Part shown: one piece after another, positions 47,901-56,733 of the stretch
Numbering within the stretch: position 1 is the stretch's first letter
Layout of the letters: each line of letters opens with the position of its first letter
Virus record (IMG/VR): IMGVR_UViG_3300042564_002819
Coordinates: 62,001 to 126,000 of that record
DNA length: 64,000 nt
Direction: 5' to 3' (one strand)
Made by a program: the position numbers and the translations under genes
The notes under the pieces: model-generated
Seen by the model: only the letters and a program-made list of their open reading frames with translations
The model's database searches: none
What the model was told of the DNA's origin: nothing

Positions 47901-50900
47901 ACTCCAAATGTATTCGACGAAGTTCTAAAAATATTAGAAAATTCTTTAGATATTCTACTGCCGTTACCGCTTATCAATGAATAATCGTAAAACGAGTCAA
48001 AGATATCATCTACTACAAAATAATCTCTTGAAAATTCAACCTTGTTCGCAACTGGACTTACTGTTAATACAGTTCCGTTATCCCAGTTTTGTGTAACCCA
48101 AAACATATATTCTTTAATGCAAAGTAACATATCTTCTAGGGCTTCTGTGTTTTTATTATAAAAATTAAACACAAATCCTTTACTAACAAGGTATGCTTCA
48201 TAACCTTGCATAAAATCTACAACATCTTGTACAGTTGTTAATATAGATCCGTATGGCATTGCTGTTACTTGAGTTTCAAATTCTTTTCTAAGTAACGCAG
48301 TAACCCCACCCACAACTGGCAATCCTGATAACTTTACAAACTTTAATGGATCGAAAGATTCATCACTTAAATGTGTAACTTTTGTTCTATAGTATTCACT
48401 GTTATATCTAACAACTATACCAATAGTATAATTTTTATTAGAATCCCACTCAACAAATTGCTCACTTATTCCACCAACTGCTATAGCAGAATCTGTTGAT
48501 CTTGTAATCGGTTTATTATAATAAAAAATAGGATCTTCTTTATCGTAGCCCGAAATTAAATATCCTGACTCTATCTTTTCTATAATAATTCCACTAAACA
48601 CAACTGTCTCTAAAACACTGCTCTTAGCTAGTGTAATTTGATAATTTTCGTCCGGAATAAATACAGAGGTTTTATTCAACGGATTTCTGCTATCTAATAC
48701 TAATTTTAACTTAGACTTATCAGCATACCCACTGAGTTTTAATGCTAATTGATTGTCTAAATTAGCTAATTGAGTTTTATAAGTTTCGTATTTCGATGTA
48801 ACCTTACTCGAAATATAACTACTAATATAGTTAACTAATCCAGATGTTAGAACTAAGTTTTCTGTTGTTGTAATTGTTGGGAATTTTAAATCTTTAAGAT
48901 TAATTCTTTTCTTAGTGTCCTTGTAAACCAAGTTTCCAGCATTGTCTCTCAACATTCTGCTTAAATCAAAACCAACGCCAAGCAACTTAGTCGGCTGCAA
49001 TAATACCCATGCTGTAATTAACGAAAATGGATATTCACTGCTTCTTCTCCACGCTGTTTCTACAGGCGAAATATCTCCAAAAACAAAATTATTTTTAGAT
49101 TCAAGTAAAACAAAGTCTTGTGCTAAACTTGAATCTAGAGGACTTAAAAGTTGTCCGTATTCGTTTACAGGAATGTAATCGAGCAATCCTGGGCGAGCAT
49201 ATTTTTTGTTTCTTGATACAGGTTTTCCTGGTTCTCTAATTATACCTTCGGCTAAATCATTCCATAAAATAAGATTATCTTTTGTATACGGAGCAGGACC
49301 GTACAGAGATTCCCACCAAGTTGGCTTTATGTTAAATCCGAGCATTTCCCAAGGATGCGAATGTGGGCGGTCTGTATCAAAATATTCTTTGTAAACATTT
49401 CTCCAGTAACCTTTTAGAGGGTTGCCGTTTCTATCCGACATCGACGAATAATTGTAAGTAAAGCTTACATCTTTATCCCACCAGCTATGATCTGCATAGT
49501 TCGGCGATCCAGCTAATTCTAGCCATTGTGCAAAATCTGACAATAATACATTATCAATATCGGTTTTTGAAAATCCGGTATTTCTGTTTATAGAACCTAC
49601 AAAATCATCCAAGTTAAGTTTGTCTGTATCGTAAAGTATTTTAATATTATTATAAATTCGGGTTTCAAGTTCTAGTAACAGGTCGTCTCTGTAATCGCCA
49701 AACCCAATTGTTAAACTTCCGTCGTGTCCCTGTATTACAATTTTAGGTTCACTGTAAGTATTGTCAACAAATATAGACGGTTCAAACTTCGGATAAAGTC
49801 CGAGTTTAGTTGGTGTTGGAGGGATGTTAGATCCTGCTGTTGACTCATATTCATAAATTTCAACAATATCGCCGTATTGTAAATCTCTATTAATGTACAC
49901 ATAGTTTTCAGTAAATGTGTAATCCTTACTATAAAGAAGTTGATTGCCGTTTAAATAAACTCCAACCGCATTAATAGATAAAGAATCTAAATTAAATACT
50001 TTTGACATTGAAAAATATGCAGGTCCTACATATTCTACAGTATGTATTGTTTTCTTTGCAGCACCAAATCCTAACATATCACTAAAATAGAAAGATTTAT
50101 TGCCAATGTTTTCTTTAACAATTTTATCTATAACTAAGTCAAAATGAGATTTTGTTGGACCAACATAGCCTGTTTGTTCAGATTCAAGTAAGAATTTACG
50201 CTTAAATTTTGCATACTCTTTTCTTGCATATTTTAAAGATTTAATTATATTTGCATTCTTGTCAGTTATGTGATATAGTGCAATATTTAATGGACCACTG
50301 TGTTGAACAAATCTAGTACCATACACAGATGCAGGAGACAAGTCTCTTAAGTTACTTACTCCAGGATAGCTTCCTGTAAACCCTGGAACATTTTCAACTA
50401 TAGAATTTACGTGGTCGTTAACTTCGCCTAGTGTAAAATATGTTACATTATCATTTAATGGATTTCTTTCTAAGTTTGACGGTATCTCGTAAAATCCGTT
50501 TTGATTTTTCGAAGCACTACTATAACACTTTAAAAGTACAATGTCGCCTATTGTTAGATTATTTAAAAATTCAACAAAAGCATATCCATTTTTAACAGAA
50601 ATTACGTAGTCAATATTATTTTTTTGTTTAACGCTGTTAACGTAAACTTTTACTTCTAAATCAGACAAATCACCACTGTTATTGAAAACATCTACTTTGA
50701 ATGATTCGTTAATAGACGATACTGTAAATTGTCTAATTACGTATTGTTTACTATTATTTTTAGCTTTTGTCCATCCGTTAACATATGAAAATGTATTTTC
50801 ATTAGGTTTAAATTTTTTTAAAAACGCAGTATCAGTTGGCAGATCTGTTTCAACTTGTGAATCTGTTTGATATATTATAGAATCGTTTAATAAATTAAAT

Positions 50901-52780
50901 TCAAAAATAATATCGCCAACATTATTGATATTTCTGTAACTTAAAGGAAATCCTAATTCTGGATCAACAGTACCAGTTCCTTCTTTATATGAAAATACTT
51001 TATTTCCACTAAAGTTACTAGAAGTATAAACCGATGTATCGCCGTAGCTATATCCATTTTCGTCAAACAGATCAAATCTTGGAAATTGGTTTACTGATAA
51101 TTTTTCTTGAGACTGTTTCCATGTAGATCCGTCATAATAAAACATTTTTCCTTTATATGTTAGACCATCAGTGATTAAAACTACATCCTCAAATTGAGGT
51201 ACAGAATCAGCAGCTTCTATTAATGATATCTGTCTACGACCGTTGTGTGTAATAAACTTTACTTCATAAACTCTTCCGTTAACTAGTATGTCAGTGTCAG
51301 CAGAAAATATTACACGCATGCCTTCGACTAAATCGATACCATCTATGTTATATCCTAATGCACCTTCTATTTTACTAAATGCATCTTGGGTATAAGTATC
51401 GATTAAGGTAACGTTATTTTTTGCTTTAGTTCCATGTTTCCAAAGCTTTAATCCTCCCTCAAATTCGATAATAGGTCTTTTAGCACGATTGTTTTCATCT
51501 AATTCAACAGGCAAGTTATTTGCAGTAAATGAAGTTTCAATTACTGATCTGTGAAACCAACGATTATATCTTGACCAAGGATTTTTGTCAGCACTAGCAC
51601 GATTTATTACAATATAGTCTTTTGTTCCTGGAAAACTAGTTGCATCTTCAAAAGGTAAGTTGTCAAATCCGTCGTTGTCAAACGGAACTTCGTACTCTTG
51701 AGTAAAAATTGCAGGTACTTCTAGGTTTCTTTCTGATACTAGATATATCTCAGATCCTACACCACTAATGTACCAATATCCAGTTTCGTATTCTTCAGGA
51801 ATAACCGATCCTTGGAAATAAACCTTCATCCCGTTAGAAAGTTCTACACCACTAGATGTTTTATAAGTTTTTTTACCTATTATTTCATTAGTAACATTAA
51901 TTTGTGTGTTTTCAGATATTTCAAATATTGTTACTATACCACTTGTGTTGATATCATTCTGACTAACATAATATAAAACTGCTGGAGCATCATCAGGCAC
52001 TGTAAATTCAATAACACCATTTTCAACATAATCAGAATCCGATGTTATACCTTTTTTGTAAAGAGTGCTTTGATTTAGGTAATCAGTGTTAGATGTAGGA
52101 TCAGTATCTAAGAAATTTCTAGATGTAACAAAAGCAATAGGATGACCAGGAGTATTAACTTCAAATCTATAAGTCTGTCCTTTGAACAACTTAATTGACG
52201 GATTTCTAGTTAAACCATTAGGTGTAAAAATGTATGCAGTGTTGTCACCTTCATCAGAAGTGACTACTGTATATGTACTTACAACATCTCTTGATTGTCC
52301 TGCAATACCAATAGGTTGAGGACCCATAGGCAACCAATAATATTCTCTAAAGTTTACAAACTTATCCCAACAAATATGAGGATCCCATGCATAAAATTCT
52401 TGACTATTTAATAAACTGTGGTTATCGACTGTACCTTTAAAGCTACTAATTTGTCCAATATAGTCGTTATAATTTTTAAAAAATTCAATATTGTTTAAAT
52501 CGTCTTTATACAAAAGAGATGGTTCTAATTGATAATTTTCTCTAGATGGCAAAACATCAGAAAGATAAACATCTGACGATGTTGCTGCTTTTGCATGTCT
52601 TCTTCCTGCAAATGCATTCACCTTCTCAACAACACCCGGCTTAATCATTTGATCCATGGTGCTGCTTAAAAACTTCTTGTTTACAGAAGTTCTAAAATAC
52701 TTTGGCAAAAAGTCTGAAGAAGTTGCATTATTTGATCCTCCAGTTGGAAGAGGAAAATCTGATTGATCATTATGTGCCAT
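38969..52780 (-). CDS. Giant baseplate wedge / adhesin-like structural protein (4603 aa)
   Basis: Coupled (TAATG) to the gp6-like gene; FG-GAP-like repeats (FGYDVALS..G.YLAIGAP), W-x5-Y-x2-G-x2-V-x-Y modules, G.GY...P.V repeats. Confidence 0.75.
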   Translation of the reverse strand: MAHNDQSDFPLPTGGSNNATSSDFLPKYFRTSVNKKFLSSTMDQMIKPGVVEKVNAFAGRRHAKAATSSDVYLSDVLPSRENYQLEPSLLYKDDLNNIEFFKNYNDYIGQISSFKGTVDNHSLLNSQEFYAWDPHICWDKFVNFREYYWLPMGPQPIGIAGQSRDVVSTYTVVTSDEGDNTAYIFTPNGLTRNPSIKLFKGQTYRFEVNTPGHPIAFVTSRNFLDTDPTSNTDYLNQSTLYKKGITSDSDYVENGVIEFTVPDDAPAVLYYVSQNDINTSGIVTIFEISENTQINVTNEIIGKKTYKTSSGVELSNGMKVYFQGSVIPEEYETGYWYISGVGSEIYLVSERNLEVPAIFTQEYEVPFDNDGFDNLPFEDATSFPGTKDYIVINRASADKNPWSRYNRWFHRSVIETSFTANNLPVELDENNRAKRPIIEFEGGLKLWKHGTKAKNNVTLIDTYTQDAFSKIEGALGYNIDGIDLVEGMRVIFSADTDILVNGRVYEVKFITHNGRRQISLIEAADSVPQFEDVVLITDGLTYKGKMFYYDGSTWKQSQEKLSVNQFPRFDLFDENGYSYGDTSVYTSSNFSGNKVFSYKEGTGTVDPELGFPLSYRNINNVGDIIFEFNLLNDSIIYQTDSQVETDLPTDTAFLKKFKPNENTFSYVNGWTKAKNNSKQYVIRQFTVSSINESFKVDVFNNSGDLSDLEVKVYVNSVKQKNNIDYVISVKNGYAFVEFLNNLTIGDIVLLKCYSSASKNQNGFYEIPSNLERNPLNDNVTYFTLGEVNDHVNSIVENVPGFTGSYPGVSNLRDLSPASVYGTRFVQHSGPLNIALYHITDKNANIIKSLKYARKEYAKFKRKFLLESEQTGYVGPTKSHFDLVIDKIVKENIGNKSFYFSDMLGFGAAKKTIHTVEYVGPAYFSMSKVFNLDSLSINAVGVYLNGNQLLYSKDYTFTENYVYINRDLQYGDIVEIYEYESTAGSNIPPTPTKLGLYPKFEPSIFVDNTYSEPKIVIQGHDGSLTIGFGDYRDDLLLELETRIYNNIKILYDTDKLNLDDFVGSINRNTGFSKTDIDNVLLSDFAQWLELAGSPNYADHSWWDKDVSFTYNYSSMSDRNGNPLKGYWRNVYKEYFDTDRPHSHPWEMLGFNIKPTWWESLYGPAPYTKDNLILWNDLAEGIIREPGKPVSRNKKYARPGLLDYIPVNEYGQLLSPLDSSLAQDFVLLESKNNFVFGDISPVETAWRRSSEYPFSLITAWVLLQPTKLLGVGFDLSRMLRDNAGNLVYKDTKKRINLKDLKFPTITTTENLVLTSGLVNYISSYISSKVTSKYETYKTQLANLDNQLALKLSGYADKSKLKLVLDSRNPLNKTSVFIPDENYQITLAKSSVLETVVFSGIIIEKIESGYLISGYDKEDPIFYYNKPITRSTDSAIAVGGISEQFVEWDSNKNYTIGIVVRYNSEYYRTKVTHLSDESFDPLKFVKLSGLPVVGGVTALLRKEFETQVTAMPYGSILTTVQDVVDFMQGYEAYLVSKGFVFNFYNKNTEALEDMLLCIKEYMFWVTQNWDNGTVLTVSPVANKVEFSRDYFVVDDIFDSFYDYSLISGNGSRISKEFSNIFRTSSNTFGVTPVNSDEGIFLVKLPLIQKEHVIIIDNQTVFNDTIYDKVPGYRQERIKVVGYRTDNWDGSLNIPGFIFDEAKITNWSIWTDYAIGDLVKYKEFYYSANIKHTSNEFFDANNWNRLTEKPESRLYANWDYKANQFADFYDLDTDNFDTEQQRLGQHLIGYQKREYLSNIITDSVSQYKFYQGYIAEKGTKNALTKLFDALSTAGEESLEFYEEWAVRLGQYGSTDNIYEIEYLIDELKYKLEPQIIELVDSKSSTRTDLVQEIAPYEVYLRPDDYNHAPFESNTTNTIYTKDNGYIREQDVAAVVNGYDSILELSAFNIRVGDFIWVTNYNQTWDVLRLVKTGDKILSFDSAFISDEVIDENGNVIEGFTVVFENYIETQYQKGEIIGLLSTNDSITKFYKIWAVSLNKVQVINAGNLNSITTEGNNSSVGLPDSNEVGVAKFVTRRFADSTTLNSSIKSLKQEFNDTVWIDNKGDNAWGVYTNENIFSLQEEIINPTLDGDGFATSFDSNIANTILAIGSVSDDFERGIVRIYARSTESIDKREIQSLVQDDTVSGYSAFGYDVALSSNGKYLAIGAPYASNIKTKFKGDLTPGTVYQMGDIVNDNGMLWRAISSFAPWDESSTISTTDQDWEPVYIIETTDDGTESGLTNQGVVYLYERQTTGYYNLVHCIASPDPKNNERFGYKVELRTTATGDVKLFVGAPGTESLSRGRIYFIDNSDNTWEYSKDKMYRGVYSDFASYNLNEIVFYNGQVYRADTNITPGSAIPEASSLWILLDDETVEYTGYIPRINNIIDNEGDSSLYNDAINIGKNFDVNTLGDIIILSSSVNLGSGIRSERVSIYRNNLSRWKFSQHIDTSDMSESFGFKVSINDTGDRIGIGAPRNDDIEIDGGCVYIYKQVTTDNVSTYELLQTLRSPFEEKNESFGTGLDFYGNKLAISGKNTDKRVVTTFDRYTENLYGIMVGKTETGSIKYSKYVNDPTSDERKEYTTFDNGYTNFVNVLKDTGRIALFQKLGDSYIYGEDVAYNRNTKYNDISNFKLIDNHLYIGFPKLNPANTEDSALIYNYESSEDSSLGLFADLRSTKNSNSWTEVTIQEGKPNNEKIQRCFLYSINTNDLLVNLDVIDPRQGKIPGPAEQEITWKTFYDPAIYSFNVNQQDGVVVDTVNSWTESQVGKLWWKLETASWFNPYQGDDQYRISNWNKLLPGASIDVYEWVESTVIPSRWAALADTPSGFAEGISGQPLYDDTIYSSKKVYDPVSGSFVDRFYFWVKSKKNVPENSKRQLSASAIENLIADPAGQGYRFAVLLSDNSFALYNVKTFIEDKNTAIHFTIAKDETLNSNIHSEYQLITEGYNNVILNSEIENKWVDSLVGYDQNSKNVPDSSLTVRQKYGILNAPRQGMFVNRLEAVKQLVERTNSVLITRQIVDNYDISTLFLKDEEPAITTGRYDSIVDTVDDLRFVGVSKTEQAQLTPVIENGKIISINIDNPGRGYRVAPNVEIVDSNGTNAIVKTTINNLGQITSTYIRSSGKNYTDNVKLNVRKYSVLVKADAEIGGRWAIYEWNKATQTWNRKDNQNYDTTRYWDYADWYLSDYTSLTQIDHVVDQSYELFGLDDEIGEVIKINNIGSGGWLLLEKIADSTTEDYTVNYKTVGRQNGTIQLSTRLYDYASINSGYDANVFDLTFYDKEPVNELRNILSALKNEIFIGDLAVEYINLFFASLRYAIHEQHGLDWAFKTSFVRVKHNVGNLHQPVNFQNDNLENYQDYVNEVKPYSTKVREYISAYSSIEPTESLVTDFDLPPSYNEITKEIETSYAKYENNQIQDVIDKYLQYPYRSWTENNGYDIVSIEVANGGSKYKETPVVVVEGENGTTAKAYLSRGRVSKIEIVNKGGKYYKAPLISINGTQDEGGEPAVAVAILGNGVVRSAHVVLRFDRISSSYLFTELEETESFVGTAAKEKFVLKWPMNVRTDSYVVTINGIQQLSSKFVIGNDIDKSKGFDRHLGYIKFVDAPALGSQISITYKKDISLLHAADRINFFYNPTTGMAGKDLSQLMDGVTFEGVNVNSVDFGTEQGFGVGGYGSMPWDTFDNTYEDEIFILDGSTSILTLSKPLELNVEYNFYLNNIRLDDENYGTSTPLSNLNAKMATIIGDGVTDTVTIDEELIETVANDIVIIRKSTSDGSFAPTDTSYDTSISGGNFAYTTATGLSSADITIDGDGFVTASSRGPEELVPGQVLDTLDLKVYHRSADGVGIVTVANYKIDGTRSVFDLPNIPQTADGIIVKVDNQILKPDMFTVDYEDQTISFSDSTIPTGSLLSILTIGVNGANLIDTEYTISDGSTTSYVTSAVWSETLSTFVTVNGIVKEKGRDYNQIRTQDTEQYPNRLKIVFESSAIANGDLIQYSIYDTPLKTYSQIIIDRTFEADGSTDYHDFDGTDNPVPFNKQPLAYNLIVKSNNQILSPGYSKSFITTDEREYAIDSWQYSDTTTIDEANVLVFVNGIQLTKEEFTFDSTVGIVRLLQEDIGISGSTLEVYIITDADYYFIDSRIKFSSAVDSMIVADSEITLVSTNDSSSYTAYVKTVSEDEIVVRSFRNDIRNSFTISPEFELSETLLTILDVTYELSDSLTFATPPSSGTDIEIYQFSNHDINNFKRTLYKVLRDTYVDETTENWITRNLTSSGYIKLNGTTSSANYVWVALNGELLTPNIDYVLVPTMDAIQLSSLPFNNDKIDVIEFGNSPVSPKYGFRIFKDMLNRTHYKRLNQSNSYVLAEPLNYYDLRIVLESTSGIFQPNKSKNIPGVVFIDGERIEYFEVVGNKLQQLRRGTLGTGVKNLYNVGTVAYGQGPEETINYSDVVLTQTEIADGSSTATTFAFRDYMIPESVDEIEVFVAGRRLRKNSIQLFDQTIAQDSPEGDVTIPPEFSIEDNNLVLAIAPPAGVKVVIARSTGKVWNESGKSLTTSNNNISRFLREATILLPK

Positions 52781-55700
52781 TAGTAAATAAAGCCTCCGGT
52801 ATTAGTAGAATTTGTTTCTGTAGAACTTTGAAGTCCTGCTGTTGTAGTTGTATAGCTTGTAACTATATTTCCTGTAGATCTTAAACGCTCTGCTGTAATT
52901 GCTGATATTACTTCAACATCATCAACTGTTGCACTGCTTATAAAAATTTCATCCGATTCTGCTTTTATTTCATGCAAACTACCAAATGAACTTTCTGAAG
53001 ATCTTGGAACAATAACAATGCTACTTAAATCTGGCGATAATTCTTTTATAATATAAGCCGACAATTCGCTCCAATAAAATGTTTCGCCAAAATCCCAGTT
53101 GTCTAATGTAAAGTATTGATTTATAGCTGTTATAACTCGAGACTTTAAATCATTATCATTTACAACTCTTTCAGGATTTTTTACTATTTTAAAAACTGCT
53201 TGCATATTTGTATCACTTTTACTACCAAACAAGACTTTATATCTAACCGAATGGTAAATTATTTCATCACTAATAGATTTTATAGCATTTATTTCAGATC
53301 CGTATGATCTGAAAAGTTGATCTGTGCTAGGTGGATACGGCATCTGAGTAGTAGTTCCTGCGAGCCACTGTCTAAAATTAGTATCATATTGTTTTGTTAA
53401 AATGTATGTATCAATTATATTTGAAGAACTAGGATCTATTCTATTGTTTTCATCACTTGCGTGTATATACTGAAATTTCAACTCCGGTCTTCCGATATAA
53501 GCATAATAATCATAAACTACAGTTAATGTTCTCGAAGCTGTTGTTAACTGATAAAAACGGTCTTCGTCGATAACATAATATATAGGATCATTTTCAACTA
53601 ACATATTTATGTCGGATTTTCTAGTCACTGTTATTATATTTTCGCTCGACGCATCAACATAAATTATAAATTCGTTGTTGTTTATAATAACTTTTTTATT
53701 AAAAATATAATTGCTTTGATTTACAATTTCAGTAAAAATTTGTGGATCGTCGATTACACCATCGTCGTCACTGTCAAAGAAGTTTACTTCTACTTTTTTA
53801 CTATCAATGTATCCGTCACCGTCTCTATAAACTCCTGAAATTTCCCAATCAAAATCTCTAGTAAATGGCGATGTTCCAGTGCCTGTGTTTATATCATTGT
53901 TAATATTAAGAACAGTAATTTTATCTTTAATTATTTTTCCAGACTTACTATCAAATATTTTTTTGTTATTGTCAAAGTAAAATCTTATTTCGTTGTTACT
54001 TTCAAAAACATATCTTAGTGTTCTATATGTTAATTCGTAAGATGATCCATTTGTTTCAAAAAGAATTATCCAACTGCTATCAAGAGACTGACCTGTTTCG
54101 TCGCCAGACAATCCTAAGTTGAAATCGTCAAGCACATTTAGGTTGTCTTGAGTAATTATTTCCCAGCTTCTTGTTTCTCTATCGTATCGTAATCCAAAAG
54201 TTCTATAAGCGAATATTTGATCAACCATAGATACTTTTACATCTTCTGATATTTCTCTTACAAACTTTGGTTTAACTAAAGTTAGAACAGAATTATTAGG
54301 AACAATATCATTAAAAATTATAGGACCTAGCCCTGTTGAAGTAACTGTTGTGCCATCACCTGTTACACTTATTACTTTAATCCACTTATAAGAAGTGGCA
54401 TTTTTTGCATTAGCATTGTTAGTTACAGTTCCGTCTGGTAAGAAATAATATCCAGCTGCTGGAACAAACTTAATCATTGCTCCTGCTTCTATGAATCTCA
54501 AAGGACCTTCTGTGAAACTACCTACTTGATACTTTATCAAGTTTGTATCAGTAAAATAACCTGTTGATCTATTTGTATCCAATGTTACAAGATTCCATTT
54601 TAAATCTAATTCTACATAGTTTTGATCAGGGAATTCTTTTAAATAAAAACTTCTTACATTGTTGTCACTGAGTATATCTGTAATTTTATTTTCAACAATG
54701 CTTTCGATATCTGTTCTAGTTACAAAATTAAAGTTATCTTTTTTATCTTTGTATTCTGTATACAATATGCCGTCGGTGCCAAACAGTGTTGTCTTACTAT
54801 ATTTTCCTGTTGCATCTAACAGATCATAATATCTACTTATACCACTTGATGTTCTGTTAACTGCTTTAACTTTAATAATATCTTGACTTACACCCAATGG
54901 TCCAACATTATAATCTTCAGCTGTTATTAAACGATTTTGAGTATAATAAGTTGACGGAGCATTTGTTTTAATACTTTCGATTGTTTCAGTACTACTTGCA
55001 TTATCAACGGCTGTTTTAAGTTCAAGTGTGCAAGTAATAGTTTCACTTCTTCCAATTTTGCTTATGTAAGGAATTCTAATTGCAACATTCTTTATACTTG
55101 CAGGAAGTATTGTGTAATCTTTATTTGCACTTGTTCTATAATATACTCTAAATTTTCCCTTAGGAAGATTTCCAAATATTCCATCAGAAAAAACGAGACT
55201 TATTCTGTCATCAACACGAGTTAACACACTGTAAATATTTTTTATTTGTTTATTTAAACTGTTATAAACAATGTTATTTCCTTCAACAGCAGAAACTTTT
55301 GTCCATAGCTCTGATTCGTTATTTGAACTGTCAAGGCTATAAAGCCAAACATCTGTGTCATTTATGTTTTGTACATCAACATCGACTTTTTGATTAGGAG
55401 TTGGAAAATCTATTAATAGATCATTTCTTTTTAAAGATCCTTGTCTAAAATGCATAAAGAATCCAGTGGAATTACTTCCTGCACCTTGTCCGTTGTCTCT
55501 GTATAAAAAGGAAAGCTGATTTCCGGGCAACGGTGGTTCTTCTGATATTTCTCCATTTGAAATAGTCGAACTAACTACTTCAAATTCAAAGTTTTGATTG
55601 TTAATCGGTTTTGAAAACGCATATACAGGGATTCCAGTTGTCAAAGACGAAAATCTATATTGTTCTGTTGGTATTCCGCCAACTACTTCGTATTTTACAG

Positions 55701-56217
55701 GACGACCAAATGTATTTTGTACTGGCAATGCTGCATTAATAACTTTAACATATTGTTCGAACCAATCTGGATTTACAGTATCATTCCAATTTATAGTTCT
55801 ATTACTTAAATTGAACCCGTTTGAATCGCTAACATTTTCTGTAGTGCTTACACTAACAATTTTTAACAAACCATTTGCTGATTGATTTCTTGTTGGATTA
55901 TATGAAAGTAATTGTGCTAATCTTAATACACTTTCTTTTCTTTCAGCTAATTCTAAAAAGTTTTCTCTTGCATTTAAGTCAACTCTAAATGCAATGTTTT
56001 GTCCTAAAAATGCAATCATATCAACTAATGCTAAGTATTCCGAAGATTCGATATAGTCGTTAAAATCTTCAGGATAGTTAGTTCGTAAATACGAAATCAT
56101 TGTTCGACGCAGGGTGTCGAAATCATAACTTTTAAAATCTGCAAACTTAAAACTTTGATAGATTTTTTTCCAATCTTCAGCAAGTAACAGTCTGTTTTGT
56201 CTGTCAGTATAAGACAT
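52780..56217 (-). CDS. Baseplate wedge subunit, T4 gp6-like
   Basis: DFDTLR..MI.YL...FNDY.ESS...ENFL..A....SV..LA..L.Y.P and ETIESIK.NAP..Y..QNR..TAEDY. Start ATG 56217 after GAGGA (ORF track 56223). Confidence 0.85.
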   Translation of the reverse strand: MSYTDRQNRLLLAEDWKKIYQSFKFADFKSYDFDTLRRTMISYLRTNYPEDFNDYIESSEYLALVDMIAFLGQNIAFRVDLNARENFLELAERKESVLRLAQLLSYNPTRNQSANGLLKIVSVSTTENVSDSNGFNLSNRTINWNDTVNPDWFEQYVKVINAALPVQNTFGRPVKYEVVGGIPTEQYRFSSLTTGIPVYAFSKPINNQNFEFEVVSSTISNGEISEEPPLPGNQLSFLYRDNGQGAGSNSTGFFMHFRQGSLKRNDLLIDFPTPNQKVDVDVQNINDTDVWLYSLDSSNNESELWTKVSAVEGNNIVYNSLNKQIKNIYSVLTRVDDRISLVFSDGIFGNLPKGKFRVYYRTSANKDYTILPASIKNVAIRIPYISKIGRSETITCTLELKTAVDNASSTETIESIKTNAPSTYYTQNRLITAEDYNVGPLGVSQDIIKVKAVNRTSSGISRYYDLLDATGKYSKTTLFGTDGILYTEYKDKKDNFNFVTRTDIESIVENKITDILSDNNVRSFYLKEFPDQNYVELDLKWNLVTLDTNRSTGYFTDTNLIKYQVGSFTEGPLRFIEAGAMIKFVPAAGYYFLPDGTVTNNANAKNATSYKWIKVISVTGDGTTVTSTGLGPIIFNDIVPNNSVLTLVKPKFVREISEDVKVSMVDQIFAYRTFGLRYDRETRSWEIITQDNLNVLDDFNLGLSGDETGQSLDSSWIILFETNGSSYELTYRTLRYVFESNNEIRFYFDNNKKIFDSKSGKIIKDKITVLNINNDINTGTGTSPFTRDFDWEISGVYRDGDGYIDSKKVEVNFFDSDDDGVIDDPQIFTEIVNQSNYIFNKKVIINNNEFIIYVDASSENIITVTRKSDINMLVENDPIYYVIDEDRFYQLTTASRTLTVVYDYYAYIGRPELKFQYIHASDENNRIDPSSSNIIDTYILTKQYDTNFRQWLAGTTTQMPYPPSTDQLFRSYGSEINAIKSISDEIIYHSVRYKVLFGSKSDTNMQAVFKIVKNPERVVNDNDLKSRVITAINQYFTLDNWDFGETFYWSELSAYIIKELSPDLSSIVIVPRSSESSFGSLHEIKAESDEIFISSATVDDVEVISAITAERLRSTGNIVTSYTTTTAGLQSSTETNSTNTGGFIY

Positions 56218-56240
56218 TAGCACTTCCTCAGTTTATGTTA

Positions 56241-56248
56241 TATTTATG
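56241..56248 (-). promoter_or_regulatory. T4-like late promoter box CATAAATA
   Basis: Intergenic, about 24 nt upstream of ATG 56217. Confidence 0.55.
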
Positions 56249-56268
56249 AGAATTAATAAGTGCGTAGT

Positions 56269-56712
56269 TTAAATAATACTATTATTTCTATCAAATCTAA
56301 ATTGTAAATATTCCGAAATACTATAATCTAAATAGGTTAATTCACACTGTATTTGTATACCGTATTCGTAACTATCTACTACAATTTTATCTACAGTTAC
56401 CCTAGGATCATAGTTAATAATTTCAGTTACGTTTTTTACAATAACTTCTTTTAAGGAATCAGTAAAAGGCTCATACAACACATCCCATATAATAGTTCCA
56501 AAGCTAGGATTTTCTAATTTTTCACCTAATCTTATATGAAAATGATTTACAATGTCCTGTTTTATTAGTGCAATATCAAAAAGTTTATATTCTTTTGTGT
56601 CAGGATCAGTAGTGCTTATTCCTCTATAAGTTCTATTTTCAACAGGACTTACAACCACATTTTGTGGTTGTATTTTTAAATTTTTATATAAATTTTTTTC
56701 TAAAGAACTCAT
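56269..56712 (-). CDS. Baseplate wedge subunit, gp25/GPW-like
   Basis: IKQDIVNHF.IR.GEK..NP.FG..IWD.LYEP...I..I..YDPRV. Confidence 0.88.
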   Translation of the reverse strand: MSSLEKNLYKNLKIQPQNVVVSPVENRTYRGISTTDPDTKEYKLFDIALIKQDIVNHFHIRLGEKLENPSFGTIIWDVLYEPFTDSLKEVIVKNVTEIINYDPRVTVDKIVVDSYEYGIQIQCELTYLDYSISEYLQFRFDRNNSII

Positions 56713-56719
56713 AGTACTA

Positions 56720-56725
56720 TATTTA
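56720..56725 (-). promoter_or_regulatory. Late promoter-like TAAATA
   Basis: 7 nt upstream of ATG 56712. Confidence 0.4.
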
Positions 56726-56733
56726 CCTTAACA

